Shown: one piece after another, positions 27,256 to 36,202 of the stretch
Numbering within the stretch: position 1 is the stretch's first letter
Layout: every line of letters starts with the position of its first letter
Source: an uncultured Armatimonadales bacterium
GTDB taxonomy: Bacteria > Armatimonadota > Armatimonadia > Armatimonadales > Capsulimonadaceae
Direction: 5' to 3'
DNA length: 52,828 nucleotides
Assembly (NCBI GenBank): GCA_964246575.1
Contig: CAXTRL010000001.1
Span: 1-52,828, forward strand
Notes under the pieces: model-generated
What the model was told of the DNA's origin: nothing
Seen by the model: the letters and a program-made list of their open reading frames with translations, nothing else
Databases searched by the model: none
Translations under genes and position numbers: made by a program

Positions 27256-29076
27256 ATGAATAACTGGATTAAGAAAGGGATCGGCCTTCTCGCCATTGCC
27301 GCCGTGACTGTTGGGACAGGATGGGCCGTTCAGCATTATCATCGGCCAGGACAGCTTGACGTACTGACGGCACAGGCGATGGATATGTCCCAAATGCGCC
27401 CCCCGACAGGCTCATCACCCGTGGCGCTGGCTTCCGTGCGACTAGGGTCGCTGGAAAACGCCGTTACTTACACCGGAACCGTCGCCGCCCTCAATGAGCA
27501 GAACATCAGCCCGCGCATCACAGGAACGCTCGTGTCTCTCCCTGTTTATCCGGGCGACGCTGTCAGGGCGGGCCAGCTTGTCGCCAGGCTCGACACGGCG
27601 GAAGTGGCAGCCAGGACCGATCAAGCGCAGCAGGAAGCGCGGGGGGCTAGAATTGGCGCACAAGTCGCGCACCTAACACATCACTTGCACCATCACGCGG
27701 CGCTCGAACAGGCTCAGGCTGAGGTGGAGGCAGCCCAGCAGACCGTTCTGGATAATGAAGCTGTAGCCCAGGCCGATTTAGACGCCGTCGGCGACGCGCA
27801 GGCAGGAGTGCAAAGCGCCCAGGCCAGCGCAGACTACTGGAAGACCGAAATTGTGCGGGAAAAGCAGCTTGCCGATGCAGGCGCAGTGTCGCAGCAGGAA
27901 TATCAAAACGAAGAAGCGCAGGCGCAGGCCGCCGTCGCCGCTGTCAGCCAGGCGCAGGCAAAAGTCAAGGAGGCCCGCGCTACGGCGCAGTCGGCGCGGG
28001 ACAAAGCCCAGGTCGCTCGGCGTCAGGTAACGGCAGCGCAGGCAGGTATGCAGATGGCACAGGCTGACCTTGCTGTCGCTCAGGGACAGGCCACCCAAGC
28101 GGAAGCAGGCGCATCTGCCGCAGATGCGGCGGCGCGAACAGCAGCCATTCAACAGGGCTACACCCAGATTACCGCGCCGTTTGATGGGGTGGTGACGGCA
28201 CGGCCAGTCGCCCCAGGGACTTTAGTACAGCCAGGGACTGTTTTGCTCCAAGTCGCCGAGATTGATCGTGTGCGGGTGCAGGCAAGTGTCGCCGTAGAGG
28301 ACATGACGGGAGTTCGCGTCGGCTCCCCCGTCAGGATCACCGTGCAGGGTGACGGCAGAACCATTGCGGCGCGTGTTACCTCTGTGTTTCCGTCCGCCAG
28401 CGACCAAACCCGCACGGAAACGGTAGAAGCCGTCGTGCCGAATCCTGGTCATCGCCTGCTACCAGGGGCGTTCGTGACGATGCAGATCACAAACGGCGAG
28501 GTTACCGATAAGATGCTAGTCCCTGCCTCCGCTGTGGTGTCCCAAGGCGGCTCCTCATTCGTATGGACGGCCAGCAGCAGGTCAGTCCCCAGTCAGGTTT
28601 ATGAATGCACCGTCTGCCATATGCACTACTCGGCGGCGGATGCAAAAAAGAACCACTTCCGGGACCCCATGGACGGCGGCAGGCTGGTTCCCGTCAGCGG
28701 TCCCCAAGCCGCGTCTTCGGGAACGACGGTGCATCAGGCTGCCGTGCAGGTTGGAGCAAGCGACGGCGCTTGGACCGAAGTTTCCGCGAGCGGCCTCAGC
28801 GCAGGCACGCAGGTTGTGACGCACGGGCAAGCGGGGCTGACCGACGGAACTCCCATTGTTGCAGCGACCTGGGGCGCAGACGGACCGAAGACGCTGCCCA
28901 CCGCCCTGGCAGCCACGAACGGTCAAGCTGTTTATCGCTGCGAGAAGTGCGGCATGACGTACTCAGCGGCAGATGCCAGAAAGCACAACTTTGTGGACCC
29001 GATGGACGGCGGCAGGCTGGTTCCCGTCCCGCCGACACCTGAACCACCAGACAGTATGCCAGGGATGAAGATGTAA
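27256..29076 (+). CDS. RND efflux membrane-fusion (periplasmic adaptor) protein with two extra C-terminal CxxC modules
   Basis: ATG at 27256. The lipoyl/beta-barrel blocks are ISPRITGTLVSLPVYPGDAVRAGQLVARLD and ITAPFDGVVTARPVAPG. It has a very long Ala/Gln coiled-coil hairpin. The C-terminal repeats are at 28597-28695 and 28930-29028. Confidence 0.9.
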   Translation: MNNWIKKGIGLLAIAAVTVGTGWAVQHYHRPGQLDVLTAQAMDMSQMRPPTGSSPVALASVRLGSLENAVTYTGTVAALNEQNISPRITGTLVSLPVYPGDAVRAGQLVARLDTAEVAARTDQAQQEARGARIGAQVAHLTHHLHHHAALEQAQAEVEAAQQTVLDNEAVAQADLDAVGDAQAGVQSAQASADYWKTEIVREKQLADAGAVSQQEYQNEEAQAQAAVAAVSQAQAKVKEARATAQSARDKAQVARRQVTAAQAGMQMAQADLAVAQGQATQAEAGASAADAAARTAAIQQGYTQITAPFDGVVTARPVAPGTLVQPGTVLLQVAEIDRVRVQASVAVEDMTGVRVGSPVRITVQGDGRTIAARVTSVFPSASDQTRTETVEAVVPNPGHRLLPGAFVTMQITNGEVTDKMLVPASAVVSQGGSSFVWTASSRSVPSQVYECTVCHMHYSAADAKKNHFRDPMDGGRLVPVSGPQAASSGTTVHQAAVQVGASDGAWTEVSASGLSAGTQVVTHGQAGLTDGTPIVAATWGADGPKTLPTALAATNGQAVYRCEKCGMTYSAADARKHNFVDPMDGGRLVPVPPTPEPPDSMPGMKM

Positions 29077-32000
29077 TGCAAACAATCATCAAATCTTCGA
29101 ATGTCGAATCCGCGAGCGCCAAATCTCCCAGCAATGGACACGGGGCTAATGGAATCGACGGCGGAATGCCGCCGCGCCGTCCTGGGTTCAACGCCTCGGC
29201 TTGGAGCATTGAACATCCCTGGGTCGTCATCTCGTTCTACACGGCGGTTGTTTTGCTTGCGCTGTGGGTCGTCTTCGGCGGGGTCATGCCTCGGCGCATG
29301 ATGCCGTACGTCGAAAGCCCGCTGGTCGGCATCGTGACCATGCAGCCTGGGTTGTCGGCGCAGGAGATGGAAACCTACATCTCCAAGCCCATCGAAGAGC
29401 GCATGACCGACATTCGCGGCGCACGGTACGTTCGAAGCACGTCCCAAGACGGCCTCAGCATCGTCTCGCTGGAGTTCCCTTACGGCACGGACATGAAGAA
29501 GGCGCAGGCCGATGTTCAGTCCGTGATGAACGCGGCCCAAGCCGATTTGCCGCAGACCGGGGCGAACCTCAAGCCAAGCTGGGTGCTGCCGATTGACCCG
29601 CTGAATATCCCCGTGCTGTCCGTCAGCGTCACAGGCGATGCGGACAAAGGGTGGACACCGCTGGCCCTGCGCTCTTTTGCCGAGAACGAAGGCGTCGCCG
29701 CGCTGAAACAAGTTCCCGATGTGCAGAGCGTCGAAGTCTACGGCGGGCTGAAGCGTCAGCTTCGGGTGGTCGTCAACCGGGATAAGCTGGCGGCTTACGG
29801 CTACTCCATTTTGGATGTCCGCGACGCCGTGGACAAAAACAGCGTCGCGCGGCCCGCAGGCGTCATCACGAGCGGTCCGAACGAGAGTATCATTCGAGTG
29901 GCAGAACTCGCCCAAAACGCCGCATCGGTCGGGAACTACCCGCTTGGCGCGAAGAACGGCCAGATCGTTTACATCAAGGACGTGGCGAGCGTCACCGATG
30001 ACGCTCGCGAGCAGCGCAGCGGCTACAACTTTGTGGACGGGCAGAAACAGCAGATTGAGGGCCTAAACAATAGCGCCGTCGAAATGGCGGTGATCCAGAA
30101 CCCCGCTGCAGGCTCCCCGCCCGTCATTACCGCCGTCCAAAAGCAGATGGCCCAGCTTGAAGCGGACCATCCGGGGCTGCACTTCCGCATCGCCTACGAC
30201 AACGCCCACTTCGTAAACATTCTTTTTCATAACACGGGCGAGGAGTTGGCGCTGGCGATCTTACTCTGCGGCCTAGCCGTGCTGCTGTTTCTCGGCAGCG
30301 GGCGGGCCACCGTGATCTCGCTCATTACGATTCCCGTGTCCATGGCTATGGCGATCCTGCTGATGGTGCCGTTCGGCTTCAGCTTGAATTCGTCTACACT
30401 CATCGGCCTCTTGATCTCCATCGGGCGCTTGGTCGACGATTCGGTGATTGACATTCATGCGGTCGAGCGGCATTTGGGGATGGGCAAAGACCCCAAGACG
30501 GCAACAGTAGACGGCATCACCGAAGTTCGGCTGGCGGTGGCCGCGTCCACCATCATGCTGGTGCTGGCTCTGCTGCCGCTGGTCTTCTGCGGGGGCATCA
30601 CGCAGCTTATGTTTGTCGGGCTGGTCTACCCCATCATCTTCGGTCTCATCGCATCGTTCCTGGTTTCATTGACTTTGACGGTGCTGCTGGCATCCAAGCT
30701 GCTGACGGCTAACGATGCCGCCGAGCGGCGGAGCGCGTTCCAGCGGCGGGTCCTGGCTCCTCTGCAAAACGCGCTGAACCGTCTGGATGACCGGTATCAG
30801 GGCGTGGTGCGGACGCTGCTCCGTAACAAGTTCTCCGTCGTGGCCGCCGCCGTCTGCACAATCATCATCGGCTTCGGCTTTTACAACTTTATTGGCTCCG
30901 AGATGATGCCGCTGGCGGATGTCGGCCAGGCTTACGGCGTGCTGGAAATGCAGCCTGGCGCAAGTTACGCCCAGACGGAAGCGGGGGCGACGGCGCTGGA
31001 ACGAATACTGCTGCGCCATCCTGAAATTGAAAAAGTGTCCACGGAAATCGGCGAGGAACCGGGCGGAACGTACTTCACGGGCTATGCCATGAGCCAGGTC
31101 AACAGCGCCACGATGATGCTCACGCTGTCCGACAAAGATCAGCGCACCCATACCGTCTGGCAGGTAATCGACGCGGCGCAGGCCGAAGCCATGAAGACGA
31201 TCCCTAACATCCGTCGCCTGCAAATCAAGGAAATGGGCGCAGACGTCATGGCGTCGTCGGAAGCACCCGTCACAATCCTGGTGTCAGGAACAGATTTAGG
31301 TGTTCTTTCTAAAATTGCAAATCAGGTTGCGGACGTGGCGCGGCAGACCCCCGGTGCGTACCAAGTCAGCACATCCTGGGCGGTCGAGAAGCCGTCGTAC
31401 GCGCTTCAAGTAGACCCGCGTCGCGCCGCCGAAGTCGGACTGACGCCCGCCGATGTCGCAGACCAAGCCTATTACGCGATGGGCGGGGCGCTGACGGATG
31501 AGTTTTACCGCCTGCCGAACGTGCGTCAGGACACCATCGACATCCGCTACCAGCAGGGCCAGCGCCGCTCGGTGTATGATCTGATGCAGATGCCAATCAC
31601 GGGCAGAGACGGCTCCGGGACCCCAGTTCAAGTGCCGCTCAAAACTCTGGCGACGGCGACCCCGCAGCTTGCGCCGACGTTGATCCAGCATGACGGCTTG
31701 AAGCGCACGGTGTCCGTGCTGGCCTACTACCGCAAAGGCGGACCGCCGTCTATGGACTTAGCAATGAGCATTATCACGAAAGCATCATCCACGCTGAACT
31801 TCCCGCCCGGATATTCTTTGGAAATGCGCGGAGACATGACCCAGATGATGGACTCGTTCGCCCGCCTACTGCGGGGCCTCGAAGTTGCTGTCTTACTGAT
31901 TTTTCTCGTGCTTGTCGCCCAGTTCGGCGGTCCTTTGGCCCCGCTGCAAATGGTGCTTTCCATTCCGCTGGAACTGTCAGGCGTCTTCTTCGGCCTCTTT

Positions 32001-32420
32001 TTGGCGCATCAGGCATTTTCCAGCGTGTCCATCATGGCCGTAATCGTTTTGACGGGCATGGACATCACGACAGCGATTCTCTTGATTGATCAGATCATGC
32101 GCCGTCGCCGTGAACATCCCGAAATGCCTCGTGACGAGGCGATTGCCCTCGCCTGCCGCGACCGCCTGCGCCCGATCTTGATGACTTCGCTGATTACGAT
32201 TATTACGATGCTGCCTGTGGCGCTGGCTCCAAAAACGGGCATGGACGCTTACCAGCCGCTCGGCACGGTCATCGTGGCGGGCCTGACGGTGGGAACGCTG
32301 CTGTCCCTGCTAGTCATTCCAGTGATGCACACCCTGGTAGACGATTTTGGGCAGCGGGTGAAGCGCAGAACCGTCATTATGGCACCCAACGCAGTAGCAT
32401 CAGAAAGGGTGCGCCCTTGA
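29076..32420 (+). CDS. RND-family efflux permease (AcrB/CzcA superfamily)
   Basis: 1114 aa with 12 TM spans and two large periplasmic loops. The TM4 block is LISIGRLVDDSVIDIHAVERH. The ATG overlaps the MFP stop (TAATG). Confidence 0.95.
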   Translation: MQTIIKSSNVESASAKSPSNGHGANGIDGGMPPRRPGFNASAWSIEHPWVVISFYTAVVLLALWVVFGGVMPRRMMPYVESPLVGIVTMQPGLSAQEMETYISKPIEERMTDIRGARYVRSTSQDGLSIVSLEFPYGTDMKKAQADVQSVMNAAQADLPQTGANLKPSWVLPIDPLNIPVLSVSVTGDADKGWTPLALRSFAENEGVAALKQVPDVQSVEVYGGLKRQLRVVVNRDKLAAYGYSILDVRDAVDKNSVARPAGVITSGPNESIIRVAELAQNAASVGNYPLGAKNGQIVYIKDVASVTDDAREQRSGYNFVDGQKQQIEGLNNSAVEMAVIQNPAAGSPPVITAVQKQMAQLEADHPGLHFRIAYDNAHFVNILFHNTGEELALAILLCGLAVLLFLGSGRATVISLITIPVSMAMAILLMVPFGFSLNSSTLIGLLISIGRLVDDSVIDIHAVERHLGMGKDPKTATVDGITEVRLAVAASTIMLVLALLPLVFCGGITQLMFVGLVYPIIFGLIASFLVSLTLTVLLASKLLTANDAAERRSAFQRRVLAPLQNALNRLDDRYQGVVRTLLRNKFSVVAAAVCTIIIGFGFYNFIGSEMMPLADVGQAYGVLEMQPGASYAQTEAGATALERILLRHPEIEKVSTEIGEEPGGTYFTGYAMSQVNSATMMLTLSDKDQRTHTVWQVIDAAQAEAMKTIPNIRRLQIKEMGADVMASSEAPVTILVSGTDLGVLSKIANQVADVARQTPGAYQVSTSWAVEKPSYALQVDPRRAAEVGLTPADVADQAYYAMGGALTDEFYRLPNVRQDTIDIRYQQGQRRSVYDLMQMPITGRDGSGTPVQVPLKTLATATPQLAPTLIQHDGLKRTVSVLAYYRKGGPPSMDLAMSIITKASSTLNFPPGYSLEMRGDMTQMMDSFARLLRGLEVAVLLIFLVLVAQFGGPLAPLQMVLSIPLELSGVFFGLFLAHQAFSSVSIMAVIVLTGMDITTAILLIDQIMRRRREHPEMPRDEAIALACRDRLRPILMTSLITIITMLPVALAPKTGMDAYQPLGTVIVAGLTVGTLLSLLVIPVMHTLVDDFGQRVKRRTVIMAPNAVASERVRP

Positions 32421-33754
32421 AACCTAAATGCTTTTTGCACTGCGGCGTGGCCGCTCTCAGCCTCACATTTCTGGCCGTTGCCGCTTATGCCGAGGATGTT
32501 CCCGCCCCGGATGCACAGGCGGTCCGCCGCTTGTCCTTGCGCGACGCGCTCGCGCTCGCGCAGAGGAGTGACGTGTCCATTCGGCAGCGGCAGGCCGATA
32601 CGGAAGCGGCATCCGCTACCGCCCGTTCCACCCAGGCCCAGCAAAGGCCGAGCGTTTCCACAACCACTTATGGCACAATTGGGGACTCGTCCAACATCCT
32701 GACGACCTCCCCCGGAGTTATGCCGCAGAACATCTTTGCCGTGCCGTCTCGCGGCTTCGCCGACCAGAACCTGATGGTCATGATACCGCTGTTCACGGGA
32801 GGCAGCTTGGCAGGGCGCACCGCATCCACCCGAAACCAGGTGTCGGCGGCGCAGGCGGGAGTGGCAGGGGTGCGGCTGACGGTTTCCGCAGAAGTCACAC
32901 AGGCATATGCTAATGCTGCCCTCGGAAACGCACTGGTGATGGTGGCCCAGACGCAACAATCGGCTGAGGATGAGCAAGTGCGGATCACTGCCAAAAAAAT
33001 CCAAACCGGGCGGTCCGCTCCAGTAGATTTGCTGCGGGAGCAAGCGGCCCAAGCCGAAGCACGGCAAAGCGTACTTGCGGCAGTTAATGCTCAGGCGCAG
33101 GCTTTGGTCACGCTTCGGTCCCTGCTGGGTCTTCCGCAGTCGTCCGTGCTTGTTCTGACCGACACACTGGACGCATTATTCGCATCGCCCTCCCCTCTGC
33201 CTGCAACACTCACGGCGGCACTGGCCGAGGCGAAGCGCCGCCCGGAACTGATCGCTGCAGATGCCCAGGTGCAGGCAGCGCAGTCCGCCGTGCGGGGCGC
33301 AGAAGGCGCTTACACGCCGCAGGTGTACGGCGTGGCGATGGGCGACGTTTCGCTCGGGCACGACCTACAACGGGCGGGCTATACGCTGGGCTTGACGGCC
33401 AGCCTGCCGCTTTACGACGGCGGACAGCGAAGAGCGGATGTGGATGCAGCGAAAGCACGAGCCAAACGTGCGGAGGCTGATGCTGAGCAAGCGGGGCAGC
33501 AAGTAGAACAGGAAACGGCCTCCGCGTGGCTGACCTGGCAAACAGCAGTGGCGCAGGTTCAGGCGACCAGGGCGGGCGTGGCCGCCGCGCAGCAAGGGTA
33601 CGCGCTCGCTGCCCTGCGTTATAACTCAGGCAAGTCCACGACGGCAGAGCGTTTGGACGCCCTGGCCGCGCTGGTGCGAGCACAGGGAGCGTCTGCGCAG
33701 GCACAAGCGGATGTTGTCACGTCACGCGCCCGGTTACTGGCGGCTGTCGGGTAA
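32417..33754 (+). CDS. TolC-like outer-membrane efflux protein
   Basis: TTG start overlapping the RND stop. Signal peptide, then two repeats of the OEP pattern (LSLRDALALAQRSDVSIR..., RRPELIAADAQVQAAQ...). Confidence 0.88.
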   Translation: MKPKCFLHCGVAALSLTFLAVAAYAEDVPAPDAQAVRRLSLRDALALAQRSDVSIRQRQADTEAASATARSTQAQQRPSVSTTTYGTIGDSSNILTTSPGVMPQNIFAVPSRGFADQNLMVMIPLFTGGSLAGRTASTRNQVSAAQAGVAGVRLTVSAEVTQAYANAALGNALVMVAQTQQSAEDEQVRITAKKIQTGRSAPVDLLREQAAQAEARQSVLAAVNAQAQALVTLRSLLGLPQSSVLVLTDTLDALFASPSPLPATLTAALAEAKRRPELIAADAQVQAAQSAVRGAEGAYTPQVYGVAMGDVSLGHDLQRAGYTLGLTASLPLYDGGQRRADVDAAKARAKRAEADAEQAGQQVEQETASAWLTWQTAVAQVQATRAGVAAAQQGYALAALRYNSGKSTTAERLDALAALVRAQGASAQAQADVVTSRARLLAAVG

Positions 33755-33755
33755 T

Positions 33756-34127
33756 TCAGAGACAGATTTGGTCGTTCTGCTCAGATCGAGAGGTCAGCAG
33801 AGTCTTTCTGTGTTGTGTTTCCCAGACGCCGCGCTGGAAGCCATCGCCTGTGGGCAGCCCCGCGATGTCGCAGGTTCCCGACAGAGTTGTCAGCGTGACC
33901 GCCCGCAGAACCAGCCAATATGGGCGAGAGGACGGCGAGGCAGAGTTCAGGTCGACACGGACCGACTTGCCCTTTCGCATAAACATAGCGGAATCGTACC
34001 CGAGTTCTATGGCCTCGATCTGCTGGTGGACGAGGAGTCTGCGAAGGAGAGCGGCTGGGTAATGCAAAGTCGTCAAAGACCATTTAGTCCTAATTGATTT
34101 TCCATCGTCAGCCCTTTGGGAACTCAC
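33756..34127 (-). CDS. hypothetical protein (doubtful)
   Basis: Its GTG overlaps the stop of the upstream phosphoesterase fragment (GTGA). No motif recognised. A competing plus-strand ORF also exists. Confidence 0.3.
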   Translation of the reverse strand: MSSQRADDGKSIRTKWSLTTLHYPAALLRRLLVHQQIEAIELGYDSAMFMRKGKSVRVDLNSASPSSRPYWLVLRAVTLTTLSGTCDIAGLPTGDGFQRGVWETQHRKTLLTSRSEQNDQICL

Positions 34128-34570
34128 TCAGGCGTCGGCACGCTCCCGCCCGTACGCAGGTAGTCGGCGAAGTATTCGGGCAAACCCGCCGCAATCAGTC
34201 GCGAGCACGCGGCCTCCACGTCGTAGGGCAGCCGCACCTGCTCAGTCGTCACCCGGTCCCCGTCGATGGTAAGGACGCAGTACCCTGCCCGCGGGTCGCC
34301 GTCTTTCGGGCGGCCTACGCTACCGGTGTTTACGAAATGTACGCCGTCTACGACGCGGTGGTACGGGACGTGCGTGTGGCCGAACACGATAATGTCGGCA
34401 TGGACATCGTTTCGGCCACCGGACGTGAACTTTTTCAGGTACGGCTCCGAATGTGTCTCGAACAGGTACTCAGTTATCGAGGCGGGCGGGCCGTGACACA
34501 GCAACACCCGCTGCCCCTCCATCTCCAAGCGAGTTTCCCGTGGCAATTCCCGAAGCCATACCTTGTTCAC
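34124..34570 (-). pseudogene. 5'-truncated metallophosphoesterase (YfcE/MJ0936-like)
   Basis: Only the C-terminal half is present (LLCHGPP...VFGHTHVPY...VNTGSVGRPKDGDPRA). The N-terminal DxH/GD motifs are missing. The frame closes 12 codons upstream of the GTG, right next to the IS1 end. Confidence 0.7.
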
Positions 34571-34655
34571 GTCCGCCTGTGACTCAATGCCGTCCGGTGA
34601 CTACCGCCGATTTTAGGTAGTGTCTAAGTATAAGTTGTTGTGGTAGACTGCTTTC

Positions 34656-34877
34656 ATGGTCACTCAAACCGTTTCGTGCTACCACTGCACCAGCACCGAC
34701 TTGATCCGCTTCGGCTTCCAGAACAGACGGCAGCGCTACCGCTGCCGCGCCTGCGGCAAGACCAGCCGCGAAAACAAAGGCTCCAACACCTACGACGAGA
34801 CTGTGAAGGCGCAAATCTTAGCGGCCTACCATGAGCGCGGGTCGCTGCGGGCCATGAAGCGCATTTTCGTATTCTAA
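34656..34877 (+). pseudogene. insA: insA-like zinc-finger gene interrupted by a 15-nt insertion with an in-frame TAA
   Basis: MVTQTVSCYHCTSTDLIRFGFQNRRQRYRCRACGKT... The reading ...KRIF|VF* is followed by SFGVSPNTVMAWLK, which continues the InsA sequence. Confidence 0.75.
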
Positions 34878-34953
34878 TCTTTCGGCGTGTCGCCCAACAC
34901 GGTCATGGCCTGGCTTAAAAGATAATAATCAAAAAGCCGCGAGCCTGCCGCCC

Positions 34954-35400
34954 TTGAAGAAGACGCTGGCTAAAGCCAGAAAGTCTGATGTTCTTGAACT
35001 CGATGAGATGTGGTCGTTCGTCTGCCGTCGCAAGAACAAGCGCTGGGTGTGGCTGGCTCAGTGCCGCAGAACCCGTCCGATTGTCGCTTATGCCATCGGC
35101 GATAGAAGCGAAGCCACCTGCCGCGTCCTCTGGGAACGCATCCCCAGAAAGTACAAGCGGTGCGTGTGCTACACGGATTTTTGGTCGGCTTATGCCCATG
35201 TTCTGCCTGAAAAGCAGCACCGCGCTACGGGCAAAGGGGCAGGCCAGACATGCCATGTCGAGCGCTTCAACAACATTCTGCGCCAAAGATTAGGCCGCTT
35301 TGTCCGCAGGACGCTCTCGTTCTCGAAGACGGATACAATGCACGAGAACTGTCTTAGGCTGTTCCTGCATGAGTACAACAAACAGCGCCTGACAACTTGA
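34954..35400 (+). pseudogene. insB: insB-like DDE transposase frame (frameshift site destroyed)
   Basis: LELDEMWSFV..KNKRWVWLA...YAIGDRS...YTDFWSAY...GQTCHVERFNNILRQR is the IS1 InsB pattern. The A-run used for the -1 frameshift is split by a 12-nt insertion at about 34921-34932. Confidence 0.75.
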
Positions 35401-35582
35401 ATAACGACACTACCTTCGAGAAATATATCGATGCTTACAAAGACGCGAACACAAGCCCGCTCACTGTTGAAGACATCGAAGTTGTTATGAACAAAATCAT
35501 TGACGCCCGTGTAGAACAGAAACTTGCCGAACAGAAAACGACGCCTCAAATCAATGCGCTCGACGACAAGAAAGGAAGCTGA
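35397..35582 (+). CDS. small protein, tandem paralogue A (N-terminus supplied or truncated by the IS1 end)
   Basis: FEKYIDAYKDANTSPLTVEDIEVVMNKIIDARVEQKLAEQK. The first five codons lie in the IS1 right inverted repeat. Confidence 0.6.
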   Translation: MNNDTTFEKYIDAYKDANTSPLTVEDIEVVMNKIIDARVEQKLAEQKTTPQINALDDKKGS

Positions 35583-35583
35583 C

Positions 35584-35778
35584 GTGTCTTATCACGCATC
35601 ATGGGACTGGTTCAAGGAATATCTCGAAGAGAACCTAAATGGGAGTGCCGCACCGCAAAGTGTACAGGACATCGAGGCGATCATGAACAAGATCATCGAC
35701 GCCCGCGTGGAGCAAAAACTTGCAGAACAAAAGAAGACTCCCCAGCCCGACGCACCGGACGACAAGAAAGGAAACTGA
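35584..35778 (+). CDS. small protein, tandem paralogue B
   Basis: GTG at 35584, just after the stop of A, with GAAAGGAAG upstream. ...WFKEYLEENLNGSAAPQSVQDIEAIMNKIIDARVEQKLAEQK. Confidence 0.7.
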   Translation: MSYHASWDWFKEYLEENLNGSAAPQSVQDIEAIMNKIIDARVEQKLAEQKKTPQPDAPDDKKGN

Positions 35779-35779
35779 C

Positions 35780-35983
35780 ATGGCCGAATCTTTAGCTTAT
35801 GCTTGGTTCCCGGAGTTCATCAACGCTCACAAAGACGGAGATGCGATGCCGCAAACCGCGCAGGACATCGAGACCATTATGAACAAGATTATCGATGCCC
35901 GAGTGGAACAAAAACTCGCGGAGTACGGGATAAAGCCCCATCCCGACGCGCCCGCCCCTGGTGATCCGCCGAAGGCTTCCTGA
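35780..35983 (+). CDS. small protein, tandem paralogue C
   Basis: ATG at 35780, one nt after the stop of B, with GAAAGGAAA upstream. ...WFPEFINAHKDGDAMPQTAQDIETIMNKIIDARVEQKLAEY. Confidence 0.7.
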   Translation: MAESLAYAWFPEFINAHKDGDAMPQTAQDIETIMNKIIDARVEQKLAEYGIKPHPDAPAPGDPPKAS

Positions 35984-36066
35984 TTTTCTCTTTGAGGCTG
36001 TCACGGCCCTGACACGAAGCAAGCGCGCTTAGCGACATATTTTTCTCAATCATAGCTGACATTCTT

Positions 36067-36106
36067 CCCGCCTGCTCAAAACAGGCGGGGGTTTTGTGCT
36101 TTTTTC
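36067..36106 (+). terminator. Rho-independent terminator after the three small ORFs
   Basis: cccgcctg-ctcaaaa-caggcggg followed by ggttttgtgctttttt. Confidence 0.75.
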
Positions 36107-36202
36107 ACCCCTCCTAGCGCAGGTGCAGGGTGCGGTAAAGAGATGGCCTACAAAGGGCGCGAAGTAATCAAAGGTGACTTTTTTCAAACTTTGAGAAAGA
36201 AG

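Larger units (their letters stand above)
34616..35414 (+). mobile_element. IS1-family insertion sequence, copy 1 (degenerate)
   Basis: The ends are GGTAGTGTC...(left) and ...GACACTACC (right). It has InsA-like and InsB-like frames. It is clearly homologous to copy 2 but diverged, and it carries two stop-containing insertions. Confidence 0.85.

Noticed and set aside
28932-29915. 327-aa minus-strand ORF at the MFP/RND junction
   Set aside because: It is antisense to the RND permease and adaptor genes. No motifs.
33711-34097. 128-aa plus-strand ORF overlapping the end of the TolC-like gene
   Set aside because: It overlaps the OMF gene by 44 nt and competes with a minus-strand ORF. Neither has motifs, and the region may be non-coding or a decayed gene.
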